This document shows, piece after piece, positions 29,797 through 39,457 of a stretch of DNA of 64,000 nucleotides. The translations under genes and the position numbers were made by a program. Position 1 is the first letter of the stretch. The number at the start of each line of letters is the position of its first letter. The stretch is from the NCBI GenBank assembly GCA_026004035.1, contig BPII01000009.1, forward strand, positions 31,304 through 95,303, written 5' to 3'. Below the pieces are notes generated by a model. It was not told where the DNA came from, searched no databases, and worked only from the letters and a program-made list of their open reading frames with translations. Source of the stretch: Candidatus Sericytochromatia bacterium. GTDB taxonomy: Bacteria; Cyanobacteriota; Sericytochromatia; UBA7694; JACMQJ01.

Positions 29797-29825
29797 TTGA
29801 CTTTTTTGAAAAAATATTTTATTAT
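29797..29825 (+). promoter_or_regulatory. sigma-70-like promoter for the vWA/lipoprotein operon
   Basis: TTGACT (29797-29802), a 17-nt spacer, then TATTAT (29820-29825), 33 nt upstream of the ATG at 29859. -10-like hexamers are common in DNA this AT-rich, so the -35 match is the informative part. Confidence 0.4.
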
Positions 29826-29858
29826 TGAAAAATAATGGTATATTTGTAAGGTAATTAA

Positions 29859-31514
29859 ATGAAAAAAATTACTTCTGTTTTATTAAACTTAATATTATGT
29901 TCTTGTTTAGCACAATCTAATTTACAAATATCACATCCAGAAAATCAATCAAAAGCATTGGAAAATTCTAAAGATACTAATAATATATCTAAAAGACTAA
30001 GTGATAATCAAAACACATCATCAGTTCAAGAAAAAAGTTATTCTCAACCATTACAAACAACAATACCAGCAATTCCTAACTCTGCTACAGGAACAACAAA
30101 TGATATTCCAGGAGCAAATCCTTTACCAATGCCAACATCTTCTGAACCATTAGCAAACTTAAATAATGATAATTATTTTACAAAATATCCTATAAACTCT
30201 TTTGTAAATGCAGAGAAAGATCCTTTATCAACTTTTTCTTTAGATGTAGATACTGCTTCCTACACATGGATGCGAAAAAGTGTTGAAAATAATATAGTTC
30301 CTAATCCTGATTCTGTAAGAGTAGAAGAATATATTAATTATTTTGATTATAAATATCCAAATCCAGAAAATAAGTTAGATATAAATCTAGATTTATCAAA
30401 TTCAAGAGTTAATGAAAATAAAATTTTAAGAGTAGGAATACAAACAAAAAAAATCGAAAATAAAGATAGAAAACCGGCTGTTTTAACTTTTGTAATAGAT
30501 GTATCAGGCTCTATGAACATGGAAAATAGACTTGGACTTGTTAAACAAAGTTTAGAAATATTGCTTAAAGAACTAAAAGAAGATGATAAAGTTGGTATTG
30601 TAGTTTTTGGAACAAATGCAAGAGTATTATTAGAACATAAATCCATATCAGAAGAAGATGAAATTTTGAAAGCTATAAACTCTTTAAAACCTGAAGGCTC
30701 TACAAATACAGAATCAGGTCTTTTACTAGGATATAAACAAGCAGAAAAATATTTCCAATCTAACTCAATTAATAGAGTTATACTCTGTTCTGATGGAGTT
30801 GCAAATGTTGGAACAACAAGTCCTGATGGCATATTAGAAAAAATAAAAAAAGAATCAGAGTCAGGTATAACATTATCAACAATAGGTTTTGGAATGGGAA
30901 ATTACAATGATACTTTAATGGAACAGTTAGCAAATAAAGGTGATGGAAATTATTATTATGTTGATACTTTAAAAGAAGCTGAAAAAGCTTTTAGAGAAAA
31001 CTTGATAGGGATACTTCAATTATTAGCAAAAGATGCAAAAGTTCAAGTTAAGTTTAATCCAAAAGTTGTTTCAGAATATAGATTAATAGGATATGAAAAT
31101 AGAAATTTAAAAAACGAAGATTTTAAAAATGATTTAATAGATGCAGGAGATTTAGGAATAGGTCACAGTTCAACAGCTTTATATGAATTAAAATTGAAAG
31201 ATAATACTTCAAAAGAAATATTGGCTGATGTATTTTTAAGATATAAAGATGTTGATAATTTGAATAGTGTTTTAGAAATTTCTAAAAGTATTAATTTAGA
31301 AAACCTTAAAACTTTTGAAAATAGCTCTGATAGCTTTAAATTATCACAATTAGTTATGGAATATGCAGAGAATTTAAGAAAAAGTCCTTATATAAAAAGT
31401 GACTATAAAGATATATCAAATCAATTGTCTAAATTAAAAGATTATGAAAATGACTCTAAAGTGAAGGAATTAATAAGTTTAGTTAATAAAGTTAGTAGTA
31501 TTATAAGTAAGTAA
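29859..31514 (+). CDS. von Willebrand factor type A lipoprotein, YfbK-like (vWA + DUF3520-type C-terminus)
   Basis: Lipobox LCSC. YfbK-type N-domain (PLSTFSLDVDTASYTWMRKSV...VRVEEYINYFDY). MIDAS motif VIDVSGSM...SDGVANVG. Confidence 0.8.
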   Translation: MKKITSVLLNLILCSCLAQSNLQISHPENQSKALENSKDTNNISKRLSDNQNTSSVQEKSYSQPLQTTIPAIPNSATGTTNDIPGANPLPMPTSSEPLANLNNDNYFTKYPINSFVNAEKDPLSTFSLDVDTASYTWMRKSVENNIVPNPDSVRVEEYINYFDYKYPNPENKLDINLDLSNSRVNENKILRVGIQTKKIENKDRKPAVLTFVIDVSGSMNMENRLGLVKQSLEILLKELKEDDKVGIVVFGTNARVLLEHKSISEEDEILKAINSLKPEGSTNTESGLLLGYKQAEKYFQSNSINRVILCSDGVANVGTTSPDGILEKIKKESESGITLSTIGFGMGNYNDTLMEQLANKGDGNYYYVDTLKEAEKAFRENLIGILQLLAKDAKVQVKFNPKVVSEYRLIGYENRNLKNEDFKNDLIDAGDLGIGHSSTALYELKLKDNTSKEILADVFLRYKDVDNLNSVLEISKSINLENLKTFENSSDSFKLSQLVMEYAENLRKSPYIKSDYKDISNQLSKLKDYENDSKVKELISLVNKVSSIISK

Positions 31515-31524
31515 GGAGATTTTT

Positions 31525-32727
31525 ATGTTATCTAAAAAAATTGCTTTTTTGTTAGTTCCAGTTATTATAAGTAGTTGTGGAGTAACTACAGGTAATATTG
31601 CAAATTCTAATGAACAGAATAATGTTTCTAACAATAAAATTATAAATACAAGTACAGGCACACTTAGATTTAATAAAATTACAAATGATAAATTAGCTGA
31701 ATATAATAACTTACTTAATAGAAATTTATCAAGCGCTCCAAATATATCAAGTAATATAAATTCTAGAAATAATGTTTCAGATAGTATTGTTAGTAGTAAT
31801 TCTTCAACATCATCGGTAGCACCATCAATAGGTGCAGAATCAAAAATGACTATAGCACCATCAGCTGATATAGCTATGAGATATTTTCCTCCTTATTATG
31901 GTGGATTTTGGGAAGATTACACTGTAATAGATTTTGAAGAAGCAAAACAAGAAGGTTTTTCAGGAACATATTTAGAAGCATTAAATAAAATTGTTAAACC
32001 TATAATAAGTCAATTAGCACCTGATATAAGACTTGTTAATACAAGTGGAAATTCAGATGTAGAAGGTAATAATAAAATAAGTGAAGAAACTAAAAAAATA
32101 ATGCCTTACATGGATTATTATCAATGGTATTTTAATTTTGTTTCTTCATCACAAAAAGAAGTATATAGTATTAACATTTCGCAAAAAGAAGTGCTAGTTT
32201 TAAGACAAAAATGGGGGTTGAAAAAATTAGATTTTGAAAATATAAAAATAGACAGCAAAGATGCTATAAAAATTTTCTCTGACGCTATAAAAAATAAAGA
32301 TTTAAAATCTACTGATAATCAAGAACAATATTTACCAAAAGATGGTGAAATTATATACGAAATTCCAGAAAACACTAGCTGGTATTTTTACTTAGAAAAT
32401 GATAAAAGTAATCTTATTTGGTCATTAAGTATGAATATTAATTACAATTATCCAATACCACTTGAATCAACTGTTTCATCTTCAGGTACTACTTCAGCAG
32501 TTGAAGCAAGACCTTATACACCACCTTCTTATTGGTATTCAGGAGGTTATGCTAGAATAGATGCAACAACAGGAAAAATATTGAGCTTTACAAGACCTGT
32601 AAGATATAAAAATAATGCAGATCCTTATCCAAAGGAAACTGTACCTCCTATGCCACCTATACCAAAAGAAAGCCCTAGTGCTTTACCTGAACCTGTTGTA
32701 ACATCAAGCCCAGAAAATAAATATTAG
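31525..32727 (+). CDS. hypothetical lipoprotein with a Ser/Asn-rich linker and a Pro-rich C-terminal tail
   Basis: Lipobox ISSC. Low-complexity NISSNINSRNNVSDSIVSSNSSTSSVAPS region. C-terminus PYPKETVPPMPPIPKESPSALPEP. Starts 10 nt after the vWA gene. Confidence 0.6.
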   Translation: MLSKKIAFLLVPVIISSCGVTTGNIANSNEQNNVSNNKIINTSTGTLRFNKITNDKLAEYNNLLNRNLSSAPNISSNINSRNNVSDSIVSSNSSTSSVAPSIGAESKMTIAPSADIAMRYFPPYYGGFWEDYTVIDFEEAKQEGFSGTYLEALNKIVKPIISQLAPDIRLVNTSGNSDVEGNNKISEETKKIMPYMDYYQWYFNFVSSSQKEVYSINISQKEVLVLRQKWGLKKLDFENIKIDSKDAIKIFSDAIKNKDLKSTDNQEQYLPKDGEIIYEIPENTSWYFYLENDKSNLIWSLSMNINYNYPIPLESTVSSSGTTSAVEARPYTPPSYWYSGGYARIDATTGKILSFTRPVRYKNNADPYPKETVPPMPPIPKESPSALPEPVVTSSPENKY

Positions 32728-34529
32728 TTAAACTCAAAACTAGTAAATACTTCAAGAACAGAAATATTTTTTTCATATTTTATAAGATTATTGTCTGTAA
32801 ATTTTACTCCATAAAGATTTTTGAATATAGATGGAACAAAAGCTTCTTTATGCTTGATATATACAACAATATTTTTATCATCTTTCTTAAATAAGAAACT
32901 TAGAAACTCAATAATATTTTCTAAAAACTCATTATTTAAAAAATATTCTGCTTTTAAAAATAAAACATTATTTAAACTTTTGAATTTGTCAATAAATAGA
33001 TTTTTTATAATATAATCCTTACTAAAATCTACTTTAAAAATATTCTTTGTAAATTTTTTAGATAAATTAATAGTATTATCAGTAGAATTTTTGTCTATTA
33101 TGAAAATACTTTCACTTATATTTAATATTTTATTAAAAGTATTTTCTATACTTTCTTGATTATTTTCAGTAATAAGGCAAATAGAAATATCTATTAAGCT
33201 ATTTTTAATGTAATTAATATTTTCTTCTATTAAATTTATTTCTTTTTTATACCATTTGAATCTTACATTTTTTAAAACTGATAAAAATTCTACTATAAAG
33301 TTTTTAAATCTTATATCTTTATTATTTAAAGTCTTAAAATAATTTATTTCATTAATAGTTGTTTTAAAAAAAGAAGAATAAATATCTAATGCTTTTTTAT
33401 AATCATGTAAAGAAAGTAAACACAAAGTATATAATAATACTAATTCTCCTGTTTTAGAAAAAGTATAAGCTTTATCAAAAAAATAAATAGATTTTTTTAA
33501 GTCAATTACTAAATATAATCTACCTAAATTTAACATTGTATAAAAGAATAGATTTTCTTCTACTTTATAACTTAATTTTTTCTCTATACTATCATCTGAA
33601 AAAATACTTATGAGGTTTTCATAATAAAATATTGCTTTTTTAAAATCCTGCTTAATTTGATAAGCTCTTGCAATGTAAAATAAATATTCTGGATTATTAG
33701 GATAATCTTTTAAAAGCTCAATTAAATGTTTCTCAGCTTTATTTACATTTTTTTCTAAAAGTAATTGAATTAATGCTACATTTATGTTTGTATAAAATAT
33801 TGTGTTTCTGTCTTTATTTGATGAATTATAAAGTGAAATTGCATTATTATAAGTATCTATTGCTTTATCATAGTCATAATTTTTTTCGTAAGATATTCCC
33901 ATTAAATACATGTATCTTAATTTTTCAGAAATATTTTGCTCATTTCTAATTATTTTTTCAAGAGTTTTTATATAATTTTCATGCTTGTTATTAAGAATAT
34001 TTTTCGATTTTTTATATTCATGGTGTAAAAGTTCAATAGGACTATCAATTAAATTAAAAGATTTAGTTTTACTTGTAATATGTTCATGTATAGGTCTTAC
34101 AAAAATTAAGTCTTTATCTTTCTGAAACAATGATTTTTTTATTATAATGTTAGTTTTTCCTGTCTTCTCAATATCAATAAGCTTAACTCGTATAATATAT
34201 GGTGAATCACTTTTTTTCAAATTCTTTAAAAAATCAAAAATTATTTTTCTAGAGTTATAAGTTAATTCTTCATCAGCATCTATTACAAAAATCCATTCAT
34301 AACTTGCTTTACTTATAGAAATATTTCTAGCTTTGCTAAAATCATTTTCCCATTTATAATCAAAAATTTTAGCACCATAGTTACTTGCTATTTTTTTCGT
34401 ATTATCTGTTGAGCCTGTATCTAATACAATTATTTCACTAGCAATATCTTTTATACTATTAAGACAAATACTTATTACTTCTTCTTCATTTTTAGTTATT
34501 AAACAAAAGCTTATTTTTGGTTGACTCAT
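32724..34529 (-). CDS. SunS-like family-2 glycosyltransferase: GT-A domain + TPR region + second, degenerate GT-A-like domain
   Basis: N-terminal motifs ISFCLITKNEE, IIVLDTGSTDNT, YKWENDFSKARN, WIFVIDADEEL, RPIHEHI. Central TPR repeats. The C-terminal DISICLITENNQES...IIDKNSTDNT copy lacks the DxD and NDF-x-ARN motifs. Confidence 0.75.
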   Translation of the reverse strand: MSQPKISFCLITKNEEEVISICLNSIKDIASEIIVLDTGSTDNTKKIASNYGAKIFDYKWENDFSKARNISISKASYEWIFVIDADEELTYNSRKIIFDFLKNLKKSDSPYIIRVKLIDIEKTGKTNIIIKKSLFQKDKDLIFVRPIHEHITSKTKSFNLIDSPIELLHHEYKKSKNILNNKHENYIKTLEKIIRNEQNISEKLRYMYLMGISYEKNYDYDKAIDTYNNAISLYNSSNKDRNTIFYTNINVALIQLLLEKNVNKAEKHLIELLKDYPNNPEYLFYIARAYQIKQDFKKAIFYYENLISIFSDDSIEKKLSYKVEENLFFYTMLNLGRLYLVIDLKKSIYFFDKAYTFSKTGELVLLYTLCLLSLHDYKKALDIYSSFFKTTINEINYFKTLNNKDIRFKNFIVEFLSVLKNVRFKWYKKEINLIEENINYIKNSLIDISICLITENNQESIENTFNKILNISESIFIIDKNSTDNTINLSKKFTKNIFKVDFSKDYIIKNLFIDKFKSLNNVLFLKAEYFLNNEFLENIIEFLSFLFKKDDKNIVVYIKHKEAFVPSIFKNLYGVKFTDNNLIKYEKNISVLEVFTSFEFN

Positions 34530-34534
34530 TAAGT

Positions 34535-36472
34535 TTAAATAGCTTTTCTAAAGTTTATTACTTTAGATTTTTTCTTATATCTAATTAAATTTTTTAGTTC
34601 TTGTTTTGCTACATTATACAAATTATTTTTTGTGCTTCTTGATAAAAATTCTGTATAATGTTTTTCAGCTTCTTCAAATAATCCCTTTTCTTTATAAAGT
34701 TGAGCTAATTTAAAATGAACTATAGATTTACTTTCTTTTGTGTCAATTTCTAATGCTTTATTCAAAATTCTTATAGATGAACTTATATCCCATTTATTTC
34801 TATAAACATCAGCTATATTTATGTAGGTAATTATGTCATTTGGGTAATTTTCCAAAACTTTATTATAAGCTTCAAGAACTTTATCTTTATCATCTTTCAT
34901 TTTGTATATTAAGGCTAGTAAATAAAGTATCTTGTAAGATTTAAAACCTTTATCAAGCAAATAATTTATTTTATCTTCAGCTTTATCTAATTGACCTTTT
35001 TGATAATAAGCACAAGCTAAGTTTTGTAATACAAAACTATCATTATTATTTATATGTTCTAATCTTGAATATATATTTATTGCTTCATCTAAATTTCCGA
35101 TTTCTTGATACAGTGAAGCCATAGATAATAATACATCATAATTTAAACTATCTATTTTTAAGCATTCTTTATATATTTCTAACACTTTATCATATTGTTT
35201 TAATTTATAATAAATGTGTGCTAAAGAATATTTAGCTTTTACTGATTCTTTATTTCTATCTATTATAGAGTGAAACAATTCTAAGCTTTCATTTACTTTA
35301 CCTGATGTAAATAAACATTTAGCCATTGAAATTTCATAATCCAATATAGGATTTAATATCCATGCTTTTTGATAATTTTCAAATGATTTAGCATAGTCAT
35401 TTTTGTAATAATAAATTTCAGCTAATTTATAGTAAATTTCATGATTAGAAGAATCGAGTTTCAATAAAAATAAATAATAATCAAGTGCTTTATCAAATTC
35501 TTTTGCTTCAAAATATAGTTCTGCTATTGCTTTCCAAGAAGGTATATAACTTTCATCTTTTTCTAATGATTTTCTATAAAATATATAAGCTTCATTTAAA
35601 TTATTATTTTCATGATAATATTTAGCTTGGTAATAATATATTTCTGATTCTTCTAATAGTTTATCTAGATAATATATAAGTAAATTTGCTGTAGGACATC
35701 TTTTTTCAGGATCTTTATTTATTAACTGATGCACTATTAATTCTAATTTAAATGGTATATTATTATTCAAATTTTTAAGAGGAATAGGATTTGAATGTAG
35801 TATATTATTTATAGTTTCTTTTATACTATTTCCTTTAAATGGTAGTTTTCCAGATATTAATTGATAAAAAATACAACCAAGTGAAAATATATCTGTTTTT
35901 CCATCTATTTCATCATGACTTATTAGTTGTTCAGGTGACATGTAATTTAATGTTCCTATCATTATTTTTGAAGTAGTTATATTATCAGAAAATATTCTTT
36001 TTGCACAACCAAAATCTATTAAATAAGTATTTTTATTTTCATCAATGAGAATATTATTAGGTTTTACATCCCTATGTATTATACCATTATCATGAATATA
36101 TTGAAGAGAACTAGCTATTTGTTTAATTATACTTATAATATCAAATAAATTTAAATAATTATCTTTATTTTCTATAAAATCATGTAAAGTTTTTGTAGTT
36201 ACATAATCCATTACTAAATACAATTTATTATCATTTTCAAAATAATTTCTAGCTTTTATTATATTTTTATGTTTAAGTGATAAATGTATTTCTATTTCTC
36301 TTTTGTATCTTTTAAATTGTTCTAAGTAACCTATACTATTTTCATCTTCATTTGGATTTCTATAAATAAACTCTTTAATGATAACTTTTTCATTATTTTT
36401 ACTATCAATAGCCTTATAAATGATGCTTGAAGTACCTCTAGCTATCTCTTGAAAATCAATGTATCTTTCCAT
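34535..36472 (-). CDS. Hanks-type Ser/Thr protein kinase fused to a long TPR array
   Basis: Kinase subdomains GTSSIIYKA, VIIKE, HRDVKPNNILID, DFG, GTLNYMSPE. About 370 aa of TPR repeats follow. The stop lies 5 nt before the downstream glycosyltransferase start. Confidence 0.85.
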   Translation of the reverse strand: MERYIDFQEIARGTSSIIYKAIDSKNNEKVIIKEFIYRNPNEDENSIGYLEQFKRYKREIEIHLSLKHKNIIKARNYFENDNKLYLVMDYVTTKTLHDFIENKDNYLNLFDIISIIKQIASSLQYIHDNGIIHRDVKPNNILIDENKNTYLIDFGCAKRIFSDNITTSKIMIGTLNYMSPEQLISHDEIDGKTDIFSLGCIFYQLISGKLPFKGNSIKETINNILHSNPIPLKNLNNNIPFKLELIVHQLINKDPEKRCPTANLLIYYLDKLLEESEIYYYQAKYYHENNNLNEAYIFYRKSLEKDESYIPSWKAIAELYFEAKEFDKALDYYLFLLKLDSSNHEIYYKLAEIYYYKNDYAKSFENYQKAWILNPILDYEISMAKCLFTSGKVNESLELFHSIIDRNKESVKAKYSLAHIYYKLKQYDKVLEIYKECLKIDSLNYDVLLSMASLYQEIGNLDEAINIYSRLEHINNNDSFVLQNLACAYYQKGQLDKAEDKINYLLDKGFKSYKILYLLALIYKMKDDKDKVLEAYNKVLENYPNDIITYINIADVYRNKWDISSSIRILNKALEIDTKESKSIVHFKLAQLYKEKGLFEEAEKHYTEFLSRSTKNNLYNVAKQELKNLIRYKKKSKVINFRKAI

Positions 36473-36602
36473 TAAAAACTTTAAAAATAATTAAGCTAAA
36501 TTAATATTACTACATTAATAGTAAATTAAAAAGTGTTTATTAACACTAATATTCATTTAATAGGATACAAAACTTAAAAAATGCTTAAAGTCTTATAAAA
36601 AT

Positions 36603-37859
36603 TTAAAGACATTCAATAATATCACTATCTTTTTTTGAAAATACTATTTTACCATTTTTTATAACCATATTTGTAAGATTAACACCGTAATGATATGGTA
36701 TATAATTATGATTTGGTGCATCTACTATTAAAATATCAGCATTTTTGCTAACTTCTATACTTCCAACCTTATTACCTATATTACAAGCATAAGCAGCATT
36801 TATTGTTGCACTTGCTAAAGCTTCTATTGGTAACATTTTTAATTTTAAACACGCAAAATATATAACTAAATACATAGATTCTGAATATCCAGCGCCAGGG
36901 TTAAAGTCAGTAGATAAGGCTATTGGTAAATTATTTTCCATCATAAAAGTCACATTTGGAAATTTAGTATCTAGTCTAAAAGTTATTGTTGGAGTTAAAA
37001 CACCGATTACATTAGCTTTAGCCATTGCTTTTATACCTTCTTCACTTGAATAATCTAGATGATCAGCAGATACAACACCAAGCTTTGCTGAAAGTTCAGC
37101 ACCATTAGTATTTGATAATTGATCTACATGTATTTTTAATTTTAAATTATTTTTCTTTGCTGATATTAAAATCTTTTCAGCTAGTTCATTTGAAAAGAAA
37201 CCATTTTCACAAAATACATCACAAAATTTTGCTAGATTATATTTTTTAACATTAGGTATCATTTCATTAATTAATATTTCAGTATATTTTTCTGGTGTCA
37301 AATCATCAGGTATAGAATGAGCACCCATAAAAGTTGGGATAATATCAATTTCATGACTTATTTCTTTTATAACTTCCAATATTTTTTTTTCATTTTCCCA
37401 ATCAAGACCATATCCGCTTTTAGCTTCAATAGAAGTAATACCCTCTTCTAACATTCTATTTAGTCGTTTTATTGCCAAGTTCTTTAACTCTTCTTTTGAT
37501 GATTTTCTAGTACAAGAAACTGTGTATTTTATACCTCCTCCCATCACTTCAGAATTACTGCCTCTAGTTTTATTTATTTTATTTACTAATTCAAATTCTC
37601 TTGTTCCAGAAAAAATTAAATGTGTATGACAATCAACAAAAGATGGTAGTACTGTTTTACCTTCACAATTTATAATTTTTTTAGCTTTTAATTCTTTATC
37701 TAAATTTTTACCTATCTTAATTATTATTCCATTTTTTATTGCTATGTCAGTATTTTTTAATATTGGAATATTTTTATAGTCTCTACCTCTTATTATTTTA
37801 TTTGGTAAAGACATAGTTAGCAATTCATTAGGATTTTTTATTATTAAATCTACAATCAT
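36603..37859 (-). CDS. hutI: imidazolonepropionase
   Basis: PSFVDCHTHLIF, IEAKSGYGLD, CDVFCE, HVDQLS, SADHL, STDFNPG: the amidohydrolase metal ligands in HutI order. Confidence 0.85.
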   Translation of the reverse strand: MIVDLIIKNPNELLTMSLPNKIIRGRDYKNIPILKNTDIAIKNGIIIKIGKNLDKELKAKKIINCEGKTVLPSFVDCHTHLIFSGTREFELVNKINKTRGSNSEVMGGGIKYTVSCTRKSSKEELKNLAIKRLNRMLEEGITSIEAKSGYGLDWENEKKILEVIKEISHEIDIIPTFMGAHSIPDDLTPEKYTEILINEMIPNVKKYNLAKFCDVFCENGFFSNELAEKILISAKKNNLKLKIHVDQLSNTNGAELSAKLGVVSADHLDYSSEEGIKAMAKANVIGVLTPTITFRLDTKFPNVTFMMENNLPIALSTDFNPGAGYSESMYLVIYFACLKLKMLPIEALASATINAAYACNIGNKVGSIEVSKNADILIVDAPNHNYIPYHYGVNLTNMVIKNGKIVFSKKDSDIIECL

Positions 37860-37870
37860 AATAAGTAGAG

Positions 37871-38389
37871 TTATTTATTTTCAGGTAAAACTATTTTAAC
37901 TTTTAACATTTTATCACCTTGTCTAAGAGATTTAACTACATCCATACCTTCTGTAACAATACCAAAAACAGCATAATTTCCATTTAAATGAGGTGTTTCA
38001 GCAAGTGTAATATAGAATTGACTTGAGGCACTATTTGGGTCTTGTGCTCTTGCCATACCAACTGCACCTTCAACATGTTTTAAAGCTGAATTAACTTCTA
38101 AAGGTATTGTTTTAGATGAACCACCTGTCCCATCACCTTTGGGATCACCTCCTTGTATGACAAAACCTGGAACATATCTATGAAATGTTAAACCATCATA
38201 GAATCCACTTTCTGCTAATTCTATAAAGTTTCTTGTAGTTATTGGTGCTTTTTCTTCATAAAGTTGAAATTTAAAAACACCTTTATTTGTTTCTACAACA
38301 GCTAATCTTTCTTTAACTTCACCTTTACAAGATTCAATTGATACCACTGCTAAAATTAAAACTCCTTTCAATAAACTTTTAATACTCAT
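37871..38389 (-). CDS. cyclophilin-type peptidyl-prolyl cis-trans isomerase, exported
   Basis: [22 protein letters not shown] and VFGIV motifs, with an N-terminal signal sequence. Confidence 0.9.
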   Translation of the reverse strand: MSIKSLLKGVLILAVVSIESCKGEVKERLAVVETNKGVFKFQLYEEKAPITTRNFIELAESGFYDGLTFHRYVPGFVIQGGDPKGDGTGGSSKTIPLEVNSALKHVEGAVGMARAQDPNSASSQFYITLAETPHLNGNYAVFGIVTEGMDVVKSLRQGDKMLKVKIVLPENK

Positions 38390-38765
38390 AAATATCTCCT
38401 TTATTTTTATAAATCTCTATAATTTTTTTTAAGTGCATAAAAAAAACATGTATATCATCATGTGAATTAACAGCTAATAGTCCTTTATCAACTATTTCTA
38501 CTAATAAAGGATAATTGATAAATGGTCTAGAAAATATATGTGAACGCATTATATCAGCTAAATCTAATATATTACTAAAATGTTTTTCTTCATTATAAAC
38601 TTCAGCTAAATGATTATAAGCATAAACAAGAACTTTTAATGGTACTTTCATTTTTTTTAAAAAGTGAGCCGAAGAGTTAGCATAAGTAGTCAATAAATCA
38701 TAATTAACATCTCCATCAATAAAAAATCCTTTTGAAAAATAAATTTCTGGTGATATATATTCCAT
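38379..38765 (-). CDS. hypothetical helical protein
   Basis: 128-codon ORF overlapping the PPIase start by 11 nt. No motif recognised. Confidence 0.45.
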   Translation of the reverse strand: MEYISPEIYFSKGFFIDGDVNYDLLTTYANSSAHFLKKMKVPLKVLVYAYNHLAEVYNEEKHFSNILDLADIMRSHIFSRPFINYPLLVEIVDKGLLAVNSHDDIHVFFMHLKKIIEIYKNKGDIYEY

Positions 38766-38942
38766 AAACTTAAAACCAATAAATTAAATTAAATTTAGTA
38801 TTATAACATTAATAATAATGAAAATTATAATTTTTCACTCGAAATGCAACACTTACCAATTTTACAAATTAGATATGACAATAGTTTTAGCCATACAGTG
38901 AAATATTTACATTACTTTACATATTAGTATTTCACTAAAATG

Positions 38943-39283
38943 TGAGACTGAGCTTAAGTTATGAATAATGAAAGAATTATTTATAAAATTTATAGATTTT
39001 AGTAAGATAATAAAATATAAATGTTAAATAATAAGGATTAAAAGAAAATGGAAGTAATATTTTGCTGTCTATATTGTTCAGAGAGTTATTAAGAAAGTTG
39101 TGTTTATACATATTTGAAATCAATCTATAATTAGTACCTGCATTGGCTTTAGGTATTATTTTATTAATAACCATTATTCTGTCGAAAGATTATTAATTAT
39201 TCAAAAAATAACTTAAAAAATAAAAAAATAATAAAGTGTAAAATACTCTCTCAAATTTCTTTTCTATAACTTAATCCCAGTGC
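38943..39283 (+). mobile_element. internally rearranged IS1-like/MITE remnant (copy B)
   Basis: Left end GAGACTGAGCTTAAGTTAT (degenerate TIR). 39007-39049 matches 16-58 and 39200-39283 matches 341-421, ending in TTAATCCCAGTGC. The left boundary may extend to ~38826, where ATTATAATTTTTCACTCG resembles the flank of MITE copy 1. Confidence 0.5.
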
Positions 39284-39457
39284 CATATGTTTAAAATGTT
39301 GTTTATTTTAATTTTATTTAAATTTATTATATTTTGTGTTAAATTTTATTAAAATATTCGAGATAATTAATAATATTTTTTTTATTAAAATTTTTTTTGA
39401 TATTTAAGTATTACATGGTATTTTTTTAATAGATTAAAATTATTTGGATATAAAAAT

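Noticed and set aside
36532-36547. Palindrome AGTGTT-TATT-AACACT, followed on the minus strand by a T-rich run, between the hutI stop and the kinase start. Considered as a hutI terminator or kinase operator.
   Set aside because: The stem is only 6 bp with two G-C pairs, which is too weak to call in AT-rich sequence without transcript data.
38379-38765. The 128-aa helical protein, briefly considered as a CRISPR type III small subunit (Csm2/Cmr5-like).
   Set aside because: The resemblance was only a vague size and helicity impression. There are no cas genes or repeats in the window and no shared motif.
38977-39174. 65-codon minus-strand ORF inside IS remnant B.
   Set aside because: It spans the junction of repeat modules of a decayed mobile element. 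It has no ribosome-binding site or recognisable motif, and its composition is typical of random AT-rich ORFs.
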